NCBI GenBank assembly: GCA_963665325.3
Contig: CAXXWS020000001.1
Span: forward strand, 1-64,000
DNA from: Alphaproteobacteria bacterium
GTDB lineage: Bacteria > Pseudomonadota > Alphaproteobacteria > Bin95
DNA length: 64,000 nt
Direction of reading: 5' to 3'
Made by a program: the position numbers and the translations under genes. Shown piece by piece: positions 8,918 to 18,744 of the stretch. Each line of letters begins with the position of its first letter. Positions within the stretch are counted from its first letter, which is position 1. The notes beneath the pieces were generated by a model that did not search any database, had not been told where the DNA came from, and was given only the letters and a program-made list of their open reading frames with translations.

Positions 8918-9714
8918 CATTCATCGACCGATTGCGGCCGCTTGCGGTCCTGATTGCGATACCCCTTCTTTGCATGGGCGGGCTCGCGGCGTCCGCCCCG
9001 GCGGCGGCGATGCAGATCCTGGAGGCGGCCGACCACGCCGAGCTCGCCGCCGAAATCTCCGCGAGGGAGGTCAGCCGGATCGCGCTTGCACGCGACCGGA
9101 TCGCGCGGGTGGTGCGCTCGCCGGACGGCTTCGCGGCCGAGCACGACGCCGCCTCGGGCGACCTCTATCTCAGGCCCGCGGACGCGGCGAACCCGGCCGC
9201 GGCCCACGCCCCGGTCACGCTGTTCATCGGCACCGAGCGGGGCTTCACCTACCGGCTGACGCTGACGCCGGCCGAGCGGGGATCGGCGCAGATCCTGATC
9301 CGCAACCCCGGGGCCATGCCGGGCGCGGCGGAGGGCGTCGATGGCGCCGGCCCGGCATTGGCGGGCGATCCGCGGATCGCGGCGCTGGTCCGCCTGGTCC
9401 GCGCGGTGGCGCGGCGCGAGCCGCTGCCGGGGTATGCCATCCATGCCGGGGCCATCCATGCCGGGACCATGCCGGCCGGGCTCAGGCTCATCGAGACCTG
9501 GCGGGGTCCGCGTTACCGGGCGCTGGTGCTGGAAACGGGGCGCCTCCCCTCCGCCGGCACGCCGGATGCGGCGGGCCTCGCCGGGACCATCGGAGCGCTT
9601 GCGGGCGCCGGGCGCGTCGCGGCGCTGTGGCTGGCGGCGCCGGGCACCGGCCCCTCCGGCGGGCGGCTCGCGGTGGCGGTGACGGAAGGCGCCGCGACCG
9701 GAGAGCCGCGATGA
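8914..9714 (+). CDS. traK: F-type T4SS TraK
   Basis: Signal peptide, SRIAL..DRI, GDLYLRP, LFIGTERGFTY. Confidence 0.88.
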   Translation: MTFIDRLRPLAVLIAIPLLCMGGLAASAPAAAMQILEAADHAELAAEISAREVSRIALARDRIARVVRSPDGFAAEHDAASGDLYLRPADAANPAAAHAPVTLFIGTERGFTYRLTLTPAERGSAQILIRNPGAMPGAAEGVDGAGPALAGDPRIAALVRLVRAVARREPLPGYAIHAGAIHAGTMPAGLRLIETWRGPRYRALVLETGRLPSAGTPDAAGLAGTIGALAGAGRVAALWLAAPGTGPSGGRLAVAVTEGAATGEPR

Positions 9715-11048
9715 ACGCGCAACGGGATGCCCGGGACGGCGCCGATCCCGGGACGGTGCGCCGGCGCCAGCTGCTGCTGTTCTCGGGCGTCGCGGCGCTC
9801 GTGCTGGTCGCGGTGGCGGCGTGGCTCGGCATGGGCGGCGGCAAGGCCCCGGCGCCGCGCAGCGGCATCGAGGCCGGGATCGCCGGACCGGACACGGCCG
9901 AGAAGGTGTGGACGCGGCGCTCCGAGGCCCGGCTCGGCGGGATCGAGACCAAGCTGCGCGAGATGGAGCGGGAAGCCCGCTGGCTCGCCGCCGACAACGA
10001 CCGGCTGCGCGCGAAGCTGGAGACCGGCGCCGCCGATGCGCGCACCGTCATCGACCGCCAGGCGGCGATGATCGGCGAGCTGGAACGCCGCCTTCAGCCG
10101 CCCGGGCAGACGGGCAATGGCCCGGGCAATGCGCCGGGTGGAGACGGGTATTTCCGGGTGCCGGCGACGGCGCCCTCGACCGGCGGCCACGGACAGACGC
10201 AGCCCGTCGCGCCCCCGGCTCGGGGGCCGGGGCAGGCGGCGCGCATGATCGAGACCTTCGAGCTGACGGACAGCCCGCGGTCCTCGGCGCACGATCCCCG
10301 GAACGGGGTCCGGGGCAGGCCCCGCAGCGGCCCGGAACTGGTCGCCGATGCGGTGGCGAAGCCGGTCTCGGCCTGGCTGCCGGCGGGCGCGCATGCCGAG
10401 GCCGTGGTACTCGCGGGCGTCGACGCCTCGGCCGGCATCTCCTCGCAGGGCGATCCCCGCCCGGTGCTGATGCGCATCACGGGTCCCGCCTGGACGGCGG
10501 CCGAGGATGGCATGGCCATGCAGGTCGACATCGACGGCTGCACCGTCACGGGCGCGGCCCATGGCGACCTTTCGTCCGAGAAGGTCTACGTCCGTTTCCG
10601 CACCATGACCTGTGCCGGGCCGCGGCCGGGCACGGTGGTCGAGACGCCGGTGGCGGGGTTCGTCGCGGGCTCGGGCAAGACCGGGGTGCGCGGCCCGGTG
10701 GTGAGCCGCGAGGGGGCGCTGGTCGAGAAGGCCTTCCTCGCCGGCACGATCTCCGGCGTCGGCCAGGGCGTGGCCCAGGCGTTCCAGCCGCAGGCGGTGG
10801 CGGCCGGCGGGGGCGCCGCGGTCGCCAACACCGCGCTCGGCGACATCGGCCGCGCCGGTCTCGGCGCCGGGGCGTCGTCGGCCGGGCAGAAGGTCGCCGA
10901 CTACATGATCCGGCGCGCCGAGCAGTACCAGCCGGTGATCCAGCTCCAGGCCGGCACGAAGGTGACGCTGGTGTTCCTCGAAGGCGCGCGCATCGACGGG
11001 CGCGCCGTGCAACCCCGACAGACGCAAACCTCCCGGGGAGGGAAATGA
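9711..11048 (+). CDS. traB: F-type T4SS TraB (VirB10-like)
   Basis: TM plus coiled coil, GVDASAG, GDLSSEKVYVR, GVRGPVVSREG, RAEQYQPVI. Confidence 0.92.
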   Translation: MNAQRDARDGADPGTVRRRQLLLFSGVAALVLVAVAAWLGMGGGKAPAPRSGIEAGIAGPDTAEKVWTRRSEARLGGIETKLREMEREARWLAADNDRLRAKLETGAADARTVIDRQAAMIGELERRLQPPGQTGNGPGNAPGGDGYFRVPATAPSTGGHGQTQPVAPPARGPGQAARMIETFELTDSPRSSAHDPRNGVRGRPRSGPELVADAVAKPVSAWLPAGAHAEAVVLAGVDASAGISSQGDPRPVLMRITGPAWTAAEDGMAMQVDIDGCTVTGAAHGDLSSEKVYVRFRTMTCAGPRPGTVVETPVAGFVAGSGKTGVRGPVVSREGALVEKAFLAGTISGVGQGVAQAFQPQAVAAGGGAAVANTALGDIGRAGLGAGASSAGQKVADYMIRRAEQYQPVIQLQAGTKVTLVFLEGARIDGRAVQPRQTQTSRGGK

Positions 11049-11049
11049 C

Positions 11050-11730
11050 ATGACGCACGAAACGAACCACGCGCGGCATCGGTCGGCAATCCCGGCCGTC
11101 GCGCTCGCGGCCCTGCTGCTGGCGGGCTGCTCGTCGGGGCATGTCGGCGAGGACTGGCAGTGCCCGCTGGCCGCGGGCGGCGCCTGCGCCAGCGTCGCCG
11201 CGGCCGATCCGGCAGTGCCGGACCCGGGCAAGGCCGGAAACGCGGCCCTCGCGGAGCCGCTCTACCGGGTGCGGGATGGCGTCGGCAGAGCCGGCGCGCC
11301 GCCGCCGGCGCCCTGCGCGGCGGAATGCGGCGCGGGGCTCGATCCCCTTGGCTGGCTCGCCCGCTTGTTCGGAGCGGAGGATGGCGGCGGCGCGCGCAGC
11401 GGCCAAGAGCCTGGCACGGTCGCGCGGACGGGTGCCGGGGACTCCCCGAACCCGGGCGTCTCCGGACCGGGCGACGTGCAGCCCGGACCGGGCGCATCGG
11501 CATCGTCCCCGGCTCCCGGCCCCTCGAAGCCGGGGACCGAGGAAACGTCGGCTGGGTCGCAACGGGTCGAAACCGCGTCGACCGGTCACGATGCGGGCGG
11601 CGACGATCTCCGCAGCGGCGAAGTCGTCGCGCGCGTCTGGATCGCGCCCTTCGTCGATGCCGACGGCGTCTATCGCGAGGCGTCCCATGTCCGGGTGGTG
11701 CTGGAGCCGGCCGGCTGGAGGTTGAAGTGA
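11050..11730 (+). CDS. traV: F-type T4SS lipoprotein TraV
   Basis: Lipobox LAGC, WQC...G.C, C-terminal RVWIAPFVDADG. Long low-complexity linker. Confidence 0.88.
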   Translation: MTHETNHARHRSAIPAVALAALLLAGCSSGHVGEDWQCPLAAGGACASVAAADPAVPDPGKAGNAALAEPLYRVRDGVGRAGAPPPAPCAAECGAGLDPLGWLARLFGAEDGGGARSGQEPGTVARTGAGDSPNPGVSGPGDVQPGPGASASSPAPGPSKPGTEETSAGSQRVETASTGHDAGGDDLRSGEVVARVWIAPFVDADGVYREASHVRVVLEPAGWRLK

Positions 11731-14276
11731 GCCCGCCCGCCGCCGGGCCCGGACGCCTGCTGGAGCTGTTCGAGGGGCCGGAGGCGCCCGGCCCGTGGAC
11801 GCCGCCGGCGATGCCGGCGGCGCTGCACGCGCTGCTGCCCTGGCGCGCCTTCGACGAGGCGAGCGAACTCCATGTCAACGCCGCCAGCACCGGCTTCGTG
11901 CTGGAGCTGCCGCCCTTCGCCGGCATCGACGCCGAGACCCTGGGCGCGCTCTCGGGCACGCTCGCCGACGCCGCGCCCGAGCGCTGCACGGTCCAGATCG
12001 TCCACTGGGCGAGCCCGCGCTTCGGCGCGGCAAGCCGGGCCTGGGCGGAGCCGCGCGGCGACGCCGGGGGCGCGCTCGCCAGGATGGGTTCGCGCCGCCG
12101 CGACCTGCTCGCCCCGGGCGGCTGGCGGCGGCTGCATGAAGGAGGGCCGCCCTTCACCCTCTCGGACTACCGGGTGTTCGTCACCGCCTGCCTGGCGGGC
12201 GGTCCCGGCCCGGCCGCGGAGACCGCGCTCGGCGCCTTTCGCCGCGCACTCGAAGGTACGCTGGCCTCCGCAGGCGCGCAGACCCGCCGGCTGGACCCGG
12301 ACGCGCTGCTCTCGCTCGCGGCCGAGTTGGTCGTGCCCGATGTGCATGGCGAGCGCGACGGCGGGACCGAGCGCCCGGCGCGGCGCTGGTCGCCGCGTGA
12401 CCCGCTGCACGAGCAATGCATCGCCCCCGGCCGCGCGCTCACCGTGACGCCGACCGGCCTCACCTTCCATCATCCGGACGGAGAAGACATTGCCGTCCGG
12501 GTGCTGTCGGCGATCGCCTTCCCCGAGGTCTGGCCGGGCTGGCGCGGCAATGCGCTGATCGGCGACTTCCACCGCGACTTCCTCCAGCCCGGCTGCCCGG
12601 TGCTGACCTGCCTCACCGTGATGACCGGCGACGAGGCGGCGGGCGAGAAGGCGTTCCTGAAGTCCGCGCGGGCCACCCAGCAGGCCGGCACCGGCATCGC
12701 GAGATACCTGCCCGGCCTGCCCGAGAAGGCGCGCGACTGGCAGGCGGTCACCGAGCGGCTCAAGGACGGCGAGCGGCTGGTCCGCGCCTGCTACATGGCG
12801 GCGGTCTATGCCCCGCTGGACGCGCTCGACGAGGCCGAGCAGGCGGTGCGGGCGATCTATCACGGCCAGGGCTGGCGGGTGAACGCCGAGCGCTACATGC
12901 AGCTGCCGTCATGGCTCGCCTGCCTGCCCATGGCCTCGGCCGGCGGCCTCGACGCCGATCTCGAACGCATGGGCCGGATGAAGACGCTGCTGACCGCCTC
13001 GGCGGTCAATCTGGCGCCGATCCACGGCGAATGGCGCGGCCAGCCGATGAATCCCGACAATCCGCCCGCCCTCTTTCTCATAGGCCGGCGCGGCCAGCCG
13101 GCCTGCTGGTCGCCCTTCGCCAACGAGGCCGGCAACTACAACGTGGCGGTCACGGGCAAGTCGGGCTCGGGCAAGTCGGTGCTGATGCAGGAACTGGTGA
13201 CCGGGCTCATCGGCGCCGGCGGCGAGGCCGTGGTGATCGACGACGGACGCTCCTTCCAGCACACGGCGGAGGCCCTGGGCGGCGCCTTCATCGCCTTCGG
13301 CAAGGACCCGGCCTGCCTCAACCCCTTCGCCATGATCGATGCCGGAACCGCCAACCATGACGGCGACTACCGCGAGGAGTGCTTCGCCATGCTCGCGGGC
13401 GTCATCGGGCGCATGGCAAGGCGCCGGGGCGGGATCGACGACATCGAGGCGGCGCTTATTGCCGAAGCGATTGCGTCGGCCTGGGACGAGGCCGGCAACG
13501 AAGCCGATCTCGGCACGGTGCGCCAGAAGCTCGAAGCCCGCGACGACCGCCGGGCGAAGGACATGGCGACCGCGCTCGGCCCCTGGTGTCCGGGCGGCGC
13601 CATGGGGCGGCTGTTCGCGGGCTCGAACGTCCCCGACCTTGAGAACGCCATGACGGTGTTCGAGCTCGCCGAACTCAAGGGGCGCGGCGACGTCCAGGCC
13701 GTCGTGCTGATGCTGGTGGTCTTCCTTGCCACCCAGCGCATGTATCACGGCCCGCGCACGCGGGCGAAGGCGATCGTCATCGACGAGGCCTGGGACCTGC
13801 TTTCGGGCGAGGACAGCCGCGCCTTCCTGGAAGGCGCCGCCCGCCGCGCCAGAAAATACCGCGGCGCGCTGGTCACCGGCACGCAGAGCGTCAACGACTA
13901 CTACGCCAACCCCGCTGCCCGTGCCGCGTGGGAGAACTCGGACTGGGTGATCTTCCTCGCCCAGAAGGACGAGTCGGTCGAGCTGCTGAAATCCGAGAAG
14001 CGCATCCACTGCGATCCGGGCATGGAGCGGGCCTTGAAGAGCCTGACCACCGCCGACGGGCGCTATGCCGAGCTGGTGCTGCACGGCCCCGACGGCTGGC
14101 GGGTCGCACGCCTGGTGCTGGATGCCTGGTCGGTCGCGCTGTTCTCCTCGCGCGGCCCCGCCTTCGCCGCGGTCGAGACGCTGAAGGCCGAGGGGCTCTC
14201 CACCGTCCAGGCCATCGACCGGCTCGCGGGCGACGGACACTCCGAAACCGCCGAACCGAAGGGAGGAAACGAATGA
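11727..14276 (+). CDS. traC: F-type T4SS ATPase TraC (VirB4-like)
   Basis: Walker A GKSGSGKS, IDEAW, RRARKY. GTG start overlaps the traV stop. Confidence 0.95.
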   Translation: MSPPAAGPGRLLELFEGPEAPGPWTPPAMPAALHALLPWRAFDEASELHVNAASTGFVLELPPFAGIDAETLGALSGTLADAAPERCTVQIVHWASPRFGAASRAWAEPRGDAGGALARMGSRRRDLLAPGGWRRLHEGGPPFTLSDYRVFVTACLAGGPGPAAETALGAFRRALEGTLASAGAQTRRLDPDALLSLAAELVVPDVHGERDGGTERPARRWSPRDPLHEQCIAPGRALTVTPTGLTFHHPDGEDIAVRVLSAIAFPEVWPGWRGNALIGDFHRDFLQPGCPVLTCLTVMTGDEAAGEKAFLKSARATQQAGTGIARYLPGLPEKARDWQAVTERLKDGERLVRACYMAAVYAPLDALDEAEQAVRAIYHGQGWRVNAERYMQLPSWLACLPMASAGGLDADLERMGRMKTLLTASAVNLAPIHGEWRGQPMNPDNPPALFLIGRRGQPACWSPFANEAGNYNVAVTGKSGSGKSVLMQELVTGLIGAGGEAVVIDDGRSFQHTAEALGGAFIAFGKDPACLNPFAMIDAGTANHDGDYREECFAMLAGVIGRMARRRGGIDDIEAALIAEAIASAWDEAGNEADLGTVRQKLEARDDRRAKDMATALGPWCPGGAMGRLFAGSNVPDLENAMTVFELAELKGRGDVQAVVLMLVVFLATQRMYHGPRTRAKAIVIDEAWDLLSGEDSRAFLEGAARRARKYRGALVTGTQSVNDYYANPAARAAWENSDWVIFLAQKDESVELLKSEKRIHCDPGMERALKSLTTADGRYAELVLHGPDGWRVARLVLDAWSVALFSSRGPAFAAVETLKAEGLSTVQAIDRLAGDGHSETAEPKGGNE

Positions 14277-14914
14277 CGGCAAGAACCGCAAATGCCGATG
14301 CTGAACGCCCGCTCAACTGGCCGGGCGACCCGGAGAATGTCACCGCCGTCGATATCGACTTCAGCGCGCTGGCGCATGTTCTCGCCAATACCTGCCGCCG
14401 GGGCGGCTGCTGCCGGCAGTACCACTCGATCGCCGCCCATGCGGTGATCGTCTCGGAGGAGATCGAGGCGCTCGACGGTCTCGCGGACGAAGACCGGCGG
14501 GTACTGGCGCTGTATGCGCTGCTTGCGGACGCGCCGTCGGCCTGGCTCCGGGGCCGCCTGCCCGATTCGCAGCGGGCAGCAGAGCGTGCCGGAAGGCTGG
14601 CCACGGGGATCGAGGCCGCAGTGCGCGAGGCCGCCGGGCTCGGTGCGGTGCTGGACGAGGAACATGGCGAGCTTCTGCGATTCGTGACCCGCATGGCGGC
14701 CGCCGCCGAGCGCCGCGACGTTATGGACGGGAATGCCGCCGCGGGCGCCGGCGTGGCCTTCCCGCCGCTGAAGCGGCGCATCCGCGGCATGGCCCCCGAC
14801 AGGGCGGCGGAGGCCTGGCTCGCCCGCTTCCGGGCGCTGGCGGGAGACAGGGCTTCGGCTCCGCGCGTTGGCGGCGCTCCGGCGGAGGACAGTGCGGATG
14901 CGCCGGCGTCCTGA
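14273..14914 (+). CDS. YfdR-like HD-superfamily protein with degenerate HD motif
   Basis: LAHVLANTCR.GG...YHSIAAHAVIVS...ALYALLADA resembles YfdR/YfbR-type hydrolases, but HD reads AD. Confidence 0.65.
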   Translation: MTARTANADAERPLNWPGDPENVTAVDIDFSALAHVLANTCRRGGCCRQYHSIAAHAVIVSEEIEALDGLADEDRRVLALYALLADAPSAWLRGRLPDSQRAAERAGRLATGIEAAVREAAGLGAVLDEEHGELLRFVTRMAAAAERRDVMDGNAAAGAGVAFPPLKRRIRGMAPDRAAEAWLARFRALAGDRASAPRVGGAPAEDSADAPAS

Positions 14915-15308
14915 AGCTGACGGGCGGTCCGATCCGGCCTGGCCGGCGATGGTGTCCGCGGTGCTGCTCTCGGGCGCGGTGGCGGCGGCGGTCGCGGCGG
15001 CAACGCTGCGCTACGGGATCGAATCGCCGCCGGGCATCGCCGGCGTCCGGCTTGCGCAGATGACTGCGGCCTGGACGACGCGGGCGGCAGCCGAAGGCCG
15101 GTCGGCGGCGGAGGTGCGCGCCTGGGGCGCGGCGCTGGAGACCGCGCTGGACCGGGTGGCGCACGATCACGGCGTGGTGCTGCTGCCGGCCCGGGCGGTC
15201 GCCGCCGGGGCGCCGGACCTGACGCCGCAGGTCGAGGCGGCGCTCGCCGAAACCCTTGCGCGGAAGCCGGGCGGGGAAGCCGGCGCCCCGCGGGGAGCGG
15301 TCCGGTGA
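14898..15308 (+). CDS. trbI: F-type TrbI
   Basis: TM segment, VVLLPARAVAAGAPDLT; position before the peptidase and traW. Confidence 0.78.
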   Translation: MRRRPEADGRSDPAWPAMVSAVLLSGAVAAAVAAATLRYGIESPPGIAGVRLAQMTAAWTTRAAAEGRSAAEVRAWGAALETALDRVAHDHGVVLLPARAVAAGAPDLTPQVEAALAETLARKPGGEAGAPRGAVR

Positions 15309-15892
15309 GCGCGCCGCGCCCGATATTCAACCTGCGGGCGGACAGGCAGCGCCGCCGCCATGTAGGCCTGGTGGTCATGATCGCCCTGGCGGCACTCTGG
15401 ATCGGCCTCGCCTCGCGCGTGCATGTCAACGCCAGCTGGTCGGACGAAGCCTGGGGCTATGCCGCCCTGCCGCTGTTCGGCGAAGACCCGGAGATCGGCG
15501 ACCGGGTGCTGTTCGATCCTCCCGAAGCGCTGGAATCCCGGGTTCCGTATCTGAAGACCGTGCGCGGCGTGCCGGGCATGGCGGTCGCGGTCGCGGAAGA
15601 CGGGACGGTCAGTCTCGACGGCGTCGCGGTCGGCCGCGCAAAGACCAATGCCCTCGACGGGCGCCCGCTCGCGGCGGTCGCGCCGGGGATCGTTCCGCCC
15701 GGATATTACTTCCTTCACGCCGACCATCGCGACAGTCACGACAGCCGCTACGCCGAAATCGGCCTGGTGCCGCGTTCGCGCATTCTCGGCCGCGCGATTG
15801 CCCTGCCGAACCTGCCCTGGCTCGGCCTCAAGGGGCCGCTGGTCGGGCCGGAAGATGTCCGGCCGGACCCGAAACCGGAGGCGTGGCGATGA
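15305..15892 (+). CDS. trhF: S26 family conjugative signal peptidase (TrhF-like)
   Basis: NASWS (Ser), YLKTVRGVPG (Lys), SHDSRY..IG. Confidence 0.85.
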   Translation: MSAPRPIFNLRADRQRRRHVGLVVMIALAALWIGLASRVHVNASWSDEAWGYAALPLFGEDPEIGDRVLFDPPEALESRVPYLKTVRGVPGMAVAVAEDGTVSLDGVAVGRAKTNALDGRPLAAVAPGIVPPGYYFLHADHRDSHDSRYAEIGLVPRSRILGRAIALPNLPWLGLKGPLVGPEDVRPDPKPEAWR

Positions 15893-16596
15893 GACGGTCG
15901 GCAACCCTGTTGCTTGCTGCCCTGCTCGCGGCGCCGGCACCAGGCGCATCGGCGAAGGACCTGGGCGTGCGCGGCGCGACCTGGCCGGTGGCGGAGCCCG
16001 ACCTGCTGCTCGAAATAGAGACGCGGCTCCTGAAGATGCAGCGCTCGGGCGAGCTGGCGCGGCTGGAGGACGAGGCCCGCACCCGCGCCCGCCGGAAGCT
16101 GGAGACGCCGGACCCGGTTCCCGGTATCGCGCCGGCGCGGGAGCAACGCAGCCGCCTGTTCGATTCCTCGATCGCGGTCGCGCAGGACATCCGCACGCCG
16201 GACGGCACTCTCATCGCCGCCGCCGGCACGAGGGTCAACCCGCTGGAGCGCTTGCCGCTGACGCGCGACCTGATCTTCGTCGACGGCAGGCGCGAGGCGG
16301 AGATCGCCTGGGCGCTCGGCCATGACCGGCCCGCGAAGATCGTGCTGCTCGCCGGGCGCCCGCTCGACCTGATGCGCCGCCATCGTCGGCCCTTCTTCTT
16401 CGATACCGGCGGCAGGCTCGCCGCGCGCTTCGGTATCGCCGCGACGCCCACGCTGGTCCAACAGGATGGCGTTCGACTGCGCCTTACCGAAATCCCGGTT
16501 GTGGGTCGGGCGGGGCCGCAGTCCGGCCAATGCGATGGCGATACGCAACCCACCGAATCATTGAAACCGACAGCGAGGGGAGAAAAGCCATGCTGA
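15889..16596 (+). CDS. traW: F-type T4SS TraW
   Basis: DLGVRGATWPVAEPDLL, GTRVNPL, FFFDTGG. Confidence 0.92.
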   Translation: MRRSATLLLAALLAAPAPGASAKDLGVRGATWPVAEPDLLLEIETRLLKMQRSGELARLEDEARTRARRKLETPDPVPGIAPAREQRSRLFDSSIAVAQDIRTPDGTLIAAAGTRVNPLERLPLTRDLIFVDGRREAEIAWALGHDRPAKIVLLAGRPLDLMRRHRRPFFFDTGGRLAARFGIAATPTLVQQDGVRLRLTEIPVVGRAGPQSGQCDGDTQPTESLKPTARGEKPC

Positions 16597-16976
16597 CCGT
16601 GAACCGCGCGACCCTGGTGGGCCATGCCGGGCGCGACCCCGAGATCCGTTCCCTGCCGAACGGCGGCAGGGCGGCGACCTTCCCGCTCGCCACCGCCGAA
16701 AAATGGACCGACCGGGAGGGCAAGCCCGTGGAGGCCACCGACTGGCATCGCATCGTGGTCTACGGCGCGGCCGTCGAGATCGTCGGGACCATGCTGCGCA
16801 GGGGCGATCCGGTCATGGTCGAGGGCCGCATCGTTACCCGGCAATATCAGGATCGCGAGGGTGCCGACCGCACCGTCACCGAAATCGTCGTCGCCGGGCC
16901 CCAGGGCATGGTCAACATCCTCAGCCCGAGGAAGGCGGAGCATGGCGACGCCGCGGCAACCGGGTCCATCGCATGA
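16590..16976 (+). CDS. ssb: Single-stranded DNA-binding protein
   Basis: VNRATLVGHAGRDPEIR, TDWHRIVVYG, VEGRIVTRQY. Confidence 0.92.
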   Translation: MLTVNRATLVGHAGRDPEIRSLPNGGRAATFPLATAEKWTDREGKPVEATDWHRIVVYGAAVEIVGTMLRRGDPVMVEGRIVTRQYQDREGADRTVTEIVVAGPQGMVNILSPRKAEHGDAAATGSIA

Positions 16977-17974
16977 TCCGCCGCTTCCTCGCCGTCTGCG
17001 CGGTCGTGCTGGCGTCCGCCCTGTGGGCCGGCCCGGCCTCGGCGCAGAGCTGCACCGGCCGGTTCGTGAACCCGATCTCGGACGTCTGCTGGGAATGCCT
17101 GTTCCCGATCTCGATCGGCCCGCTCACCATCGGCAGCACCGGCGGCGTCACGGATACGCCGAACCCGTCCTCGCCGATCTGCTTCTGCGGCTCCCCCATC
17201 CCCCGCATCGGCCTCTCGCTCGGGGTGTGGGAGCCGGCACGGCTGGTCGATGTCACCAGAACCCCCTGGTGCTTCCCCAATCTGGGCGGCCTCACCATCG
17301 ATCCCGGCCTGCCCGCCGCGCGGGGCCGCACCGGGTCGTCGGGCGGCGACGGGGCGAAGGGCTCGGTCTGGCATGCGCACTATTACATGTATCCGCTCTT
17401 GTCCTGGATCGGCGTGCTGCTCGATCTCGGCTGCCTGGAAGGCGGAAGCCTCGACATCGCCTGGGTCTCGGAACTCGACCCGGCCTGGCTCGACGACGAG
17501 CTGTCGTTCCTGCTCAACCCGGAGGCGGCGCTGTTCGCCAACCTGCCGGCGCAGGCGGCCTGCGCCGCCGACTGCGCGGCGGCCTCGGTCGGCCTGCCGC
17601 AGGACGGTCTGTTCTGGTGCGCGGGCTGCCAGGGCGGGATGTATCCGCTGACCGGCAACGTGGCGGCCCATGTGGGCGGCGTGCAGGCCTCGCTGCTGGC
17701 GGCCCAGCGCCTGGTCTACCGCCTGCACCGCGCCGGCCTCGCCTGGGGCACCTCGGGCTCGGCCGCGCTCTGCGGTCGCTACCCGATGCCGGTGATGAAG
17801 AAGTCGCAGTACCGCTGGCAGATGACCGAGCCGGTGCCGGCGACCACGCCCGCGACCGGCTGCAACCCGACCGGACGCTCCTCGGTGCTCTGGGAATCGC
17901 TCCGCGAGCTGCCGGTCTCCGGCGAGAGCTTCGGCTACCTGCTGTGGAGAAAACGATCGTGCTGTCTTTTGTGA
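16973..17974 (+). CDS. traU: F-type T4SS TraU
   Basis: FVNPISDVCWECLFPISIG, WEPAR, SELDP, WCAGCQG, LWRKRSCC. Confidence 0.95.
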   Translation: MIRRFLAVCAVVLASALWAGPASAQSCTGRFVNPISDVCWECLFPISIGPLTIGSTGGVTDTPNPSSPICFCGSPIPRIGLSLGVWEPARLVDVTRTPWCFPNLGGLTIDPGLPAARGRTGSSGGDGAKGSVWHAHYYMYPLLSWIGVLLDLGCLEGGSLDIAWVSELDPAWLDDELSFLLNPEAALFANLPAQAACAADCAAASVGLPQDGLFWCAGCQGGMYPLTGNVAAHVGGVQASLLAAQRLVYRLHRAGLAWGTSGSAALCGRYPMPVMKKSQYRWQMTEPVPATTPATGCNPTGRSSVLWESLRELPVSGESFGYLLWRKRSCCLL

Positions 17975-18015
17975 ACCCGATGAAACGCAATGACAGACAC
18001 GACCCTGAAAAGACC

Positions 18016-18744
18016 ATGACGACGCTCTCTTCACCCTTCCGGACCGCCCTCCTGCTCACGGCCATGCTGGCGCTCGGCGCCTGCGCCTGTCCGGCGCGGG
18101 CCGGCGAAATGCCCGCCGCAGGCCCCGAAGCCGAGGCATCGCGCCTCGTTGAGGAGGTCATGCGCAAGGCGGGAGACGACTCGCTCGGGGCCTGGACGCG
18201 TTCCATCATCGACCGCGCACTGAAACGCGCCGGGGAGTCCGCGCGGCGGACGGTTCCCGGACAGGCCGTACCCCTTCCGGCCGAACGCCATGCGCGTGCA
18301 TTGACTACCCGGCGGCCGTCCACGGCGGAAGTGCTCATCTTCACCAGCCTTTCGGTCCCGGCGGCGAGCTGGCGGCAATGGGCGAATGACGCGGCCCGGA
18401 CGGCTGTGCCGCTGGTGCTGCGCGGTGTCGGTGCGGGCGGTCTGCGGCAGACGGCCGGGGTGATCGGCGCCCGGCTCGGTGGCCACGATCCGGGCATCGC
18501 GATCGATCCGCGCCTGTTCCGCCTGTTCGGCGTCGAACGGGTGCCCGCCGTTGTCGTCGTGCCCGGCGGCGTGCCGCCCTGCGAGAGCCGCGGCTGCTCA
18601 GAGGACCCTGCCCCGCCGCACGATCTGATCGCCGGCAATATCGGTCTCGTCGCCGCGCTGGAGGCGGTCGCCGCGGAAGGCGATGCCGGTCGCGCGGCCG
18701 CGAAAAGGCATCTCGAACGGCTGAGAAAGGGAAACGGGCCATGA
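18016..18744 (+). CDS. trbC: F-type TrbC
   Basis: IFTSLSVP, LVLRGV, IDPRLFRLFGVERVPAVVV. Start could also be 17971 or 17980. Confidence 0.88.
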   Translation: MTTLSSPFRTALLLTAMLALGACACPARAGEMPAAGPEAEASRLVEEVMRKAGDDSLGAWTRSIIDRALKRAGESARRTVPGQAVPLPAERHARALTTRRPSTAEVLIFTSLSVPAASWRQWANDAARTAVPLVLRGVGAGGLRQTAGVIGARLGGHDPGIAIDPRLFRLFGVERVPAVVVVPGGVPPCESRGCSEDPAPPHDLIAGNIGLVAALEAVAAEGDAGRAAAKRHLERLRKGNGP

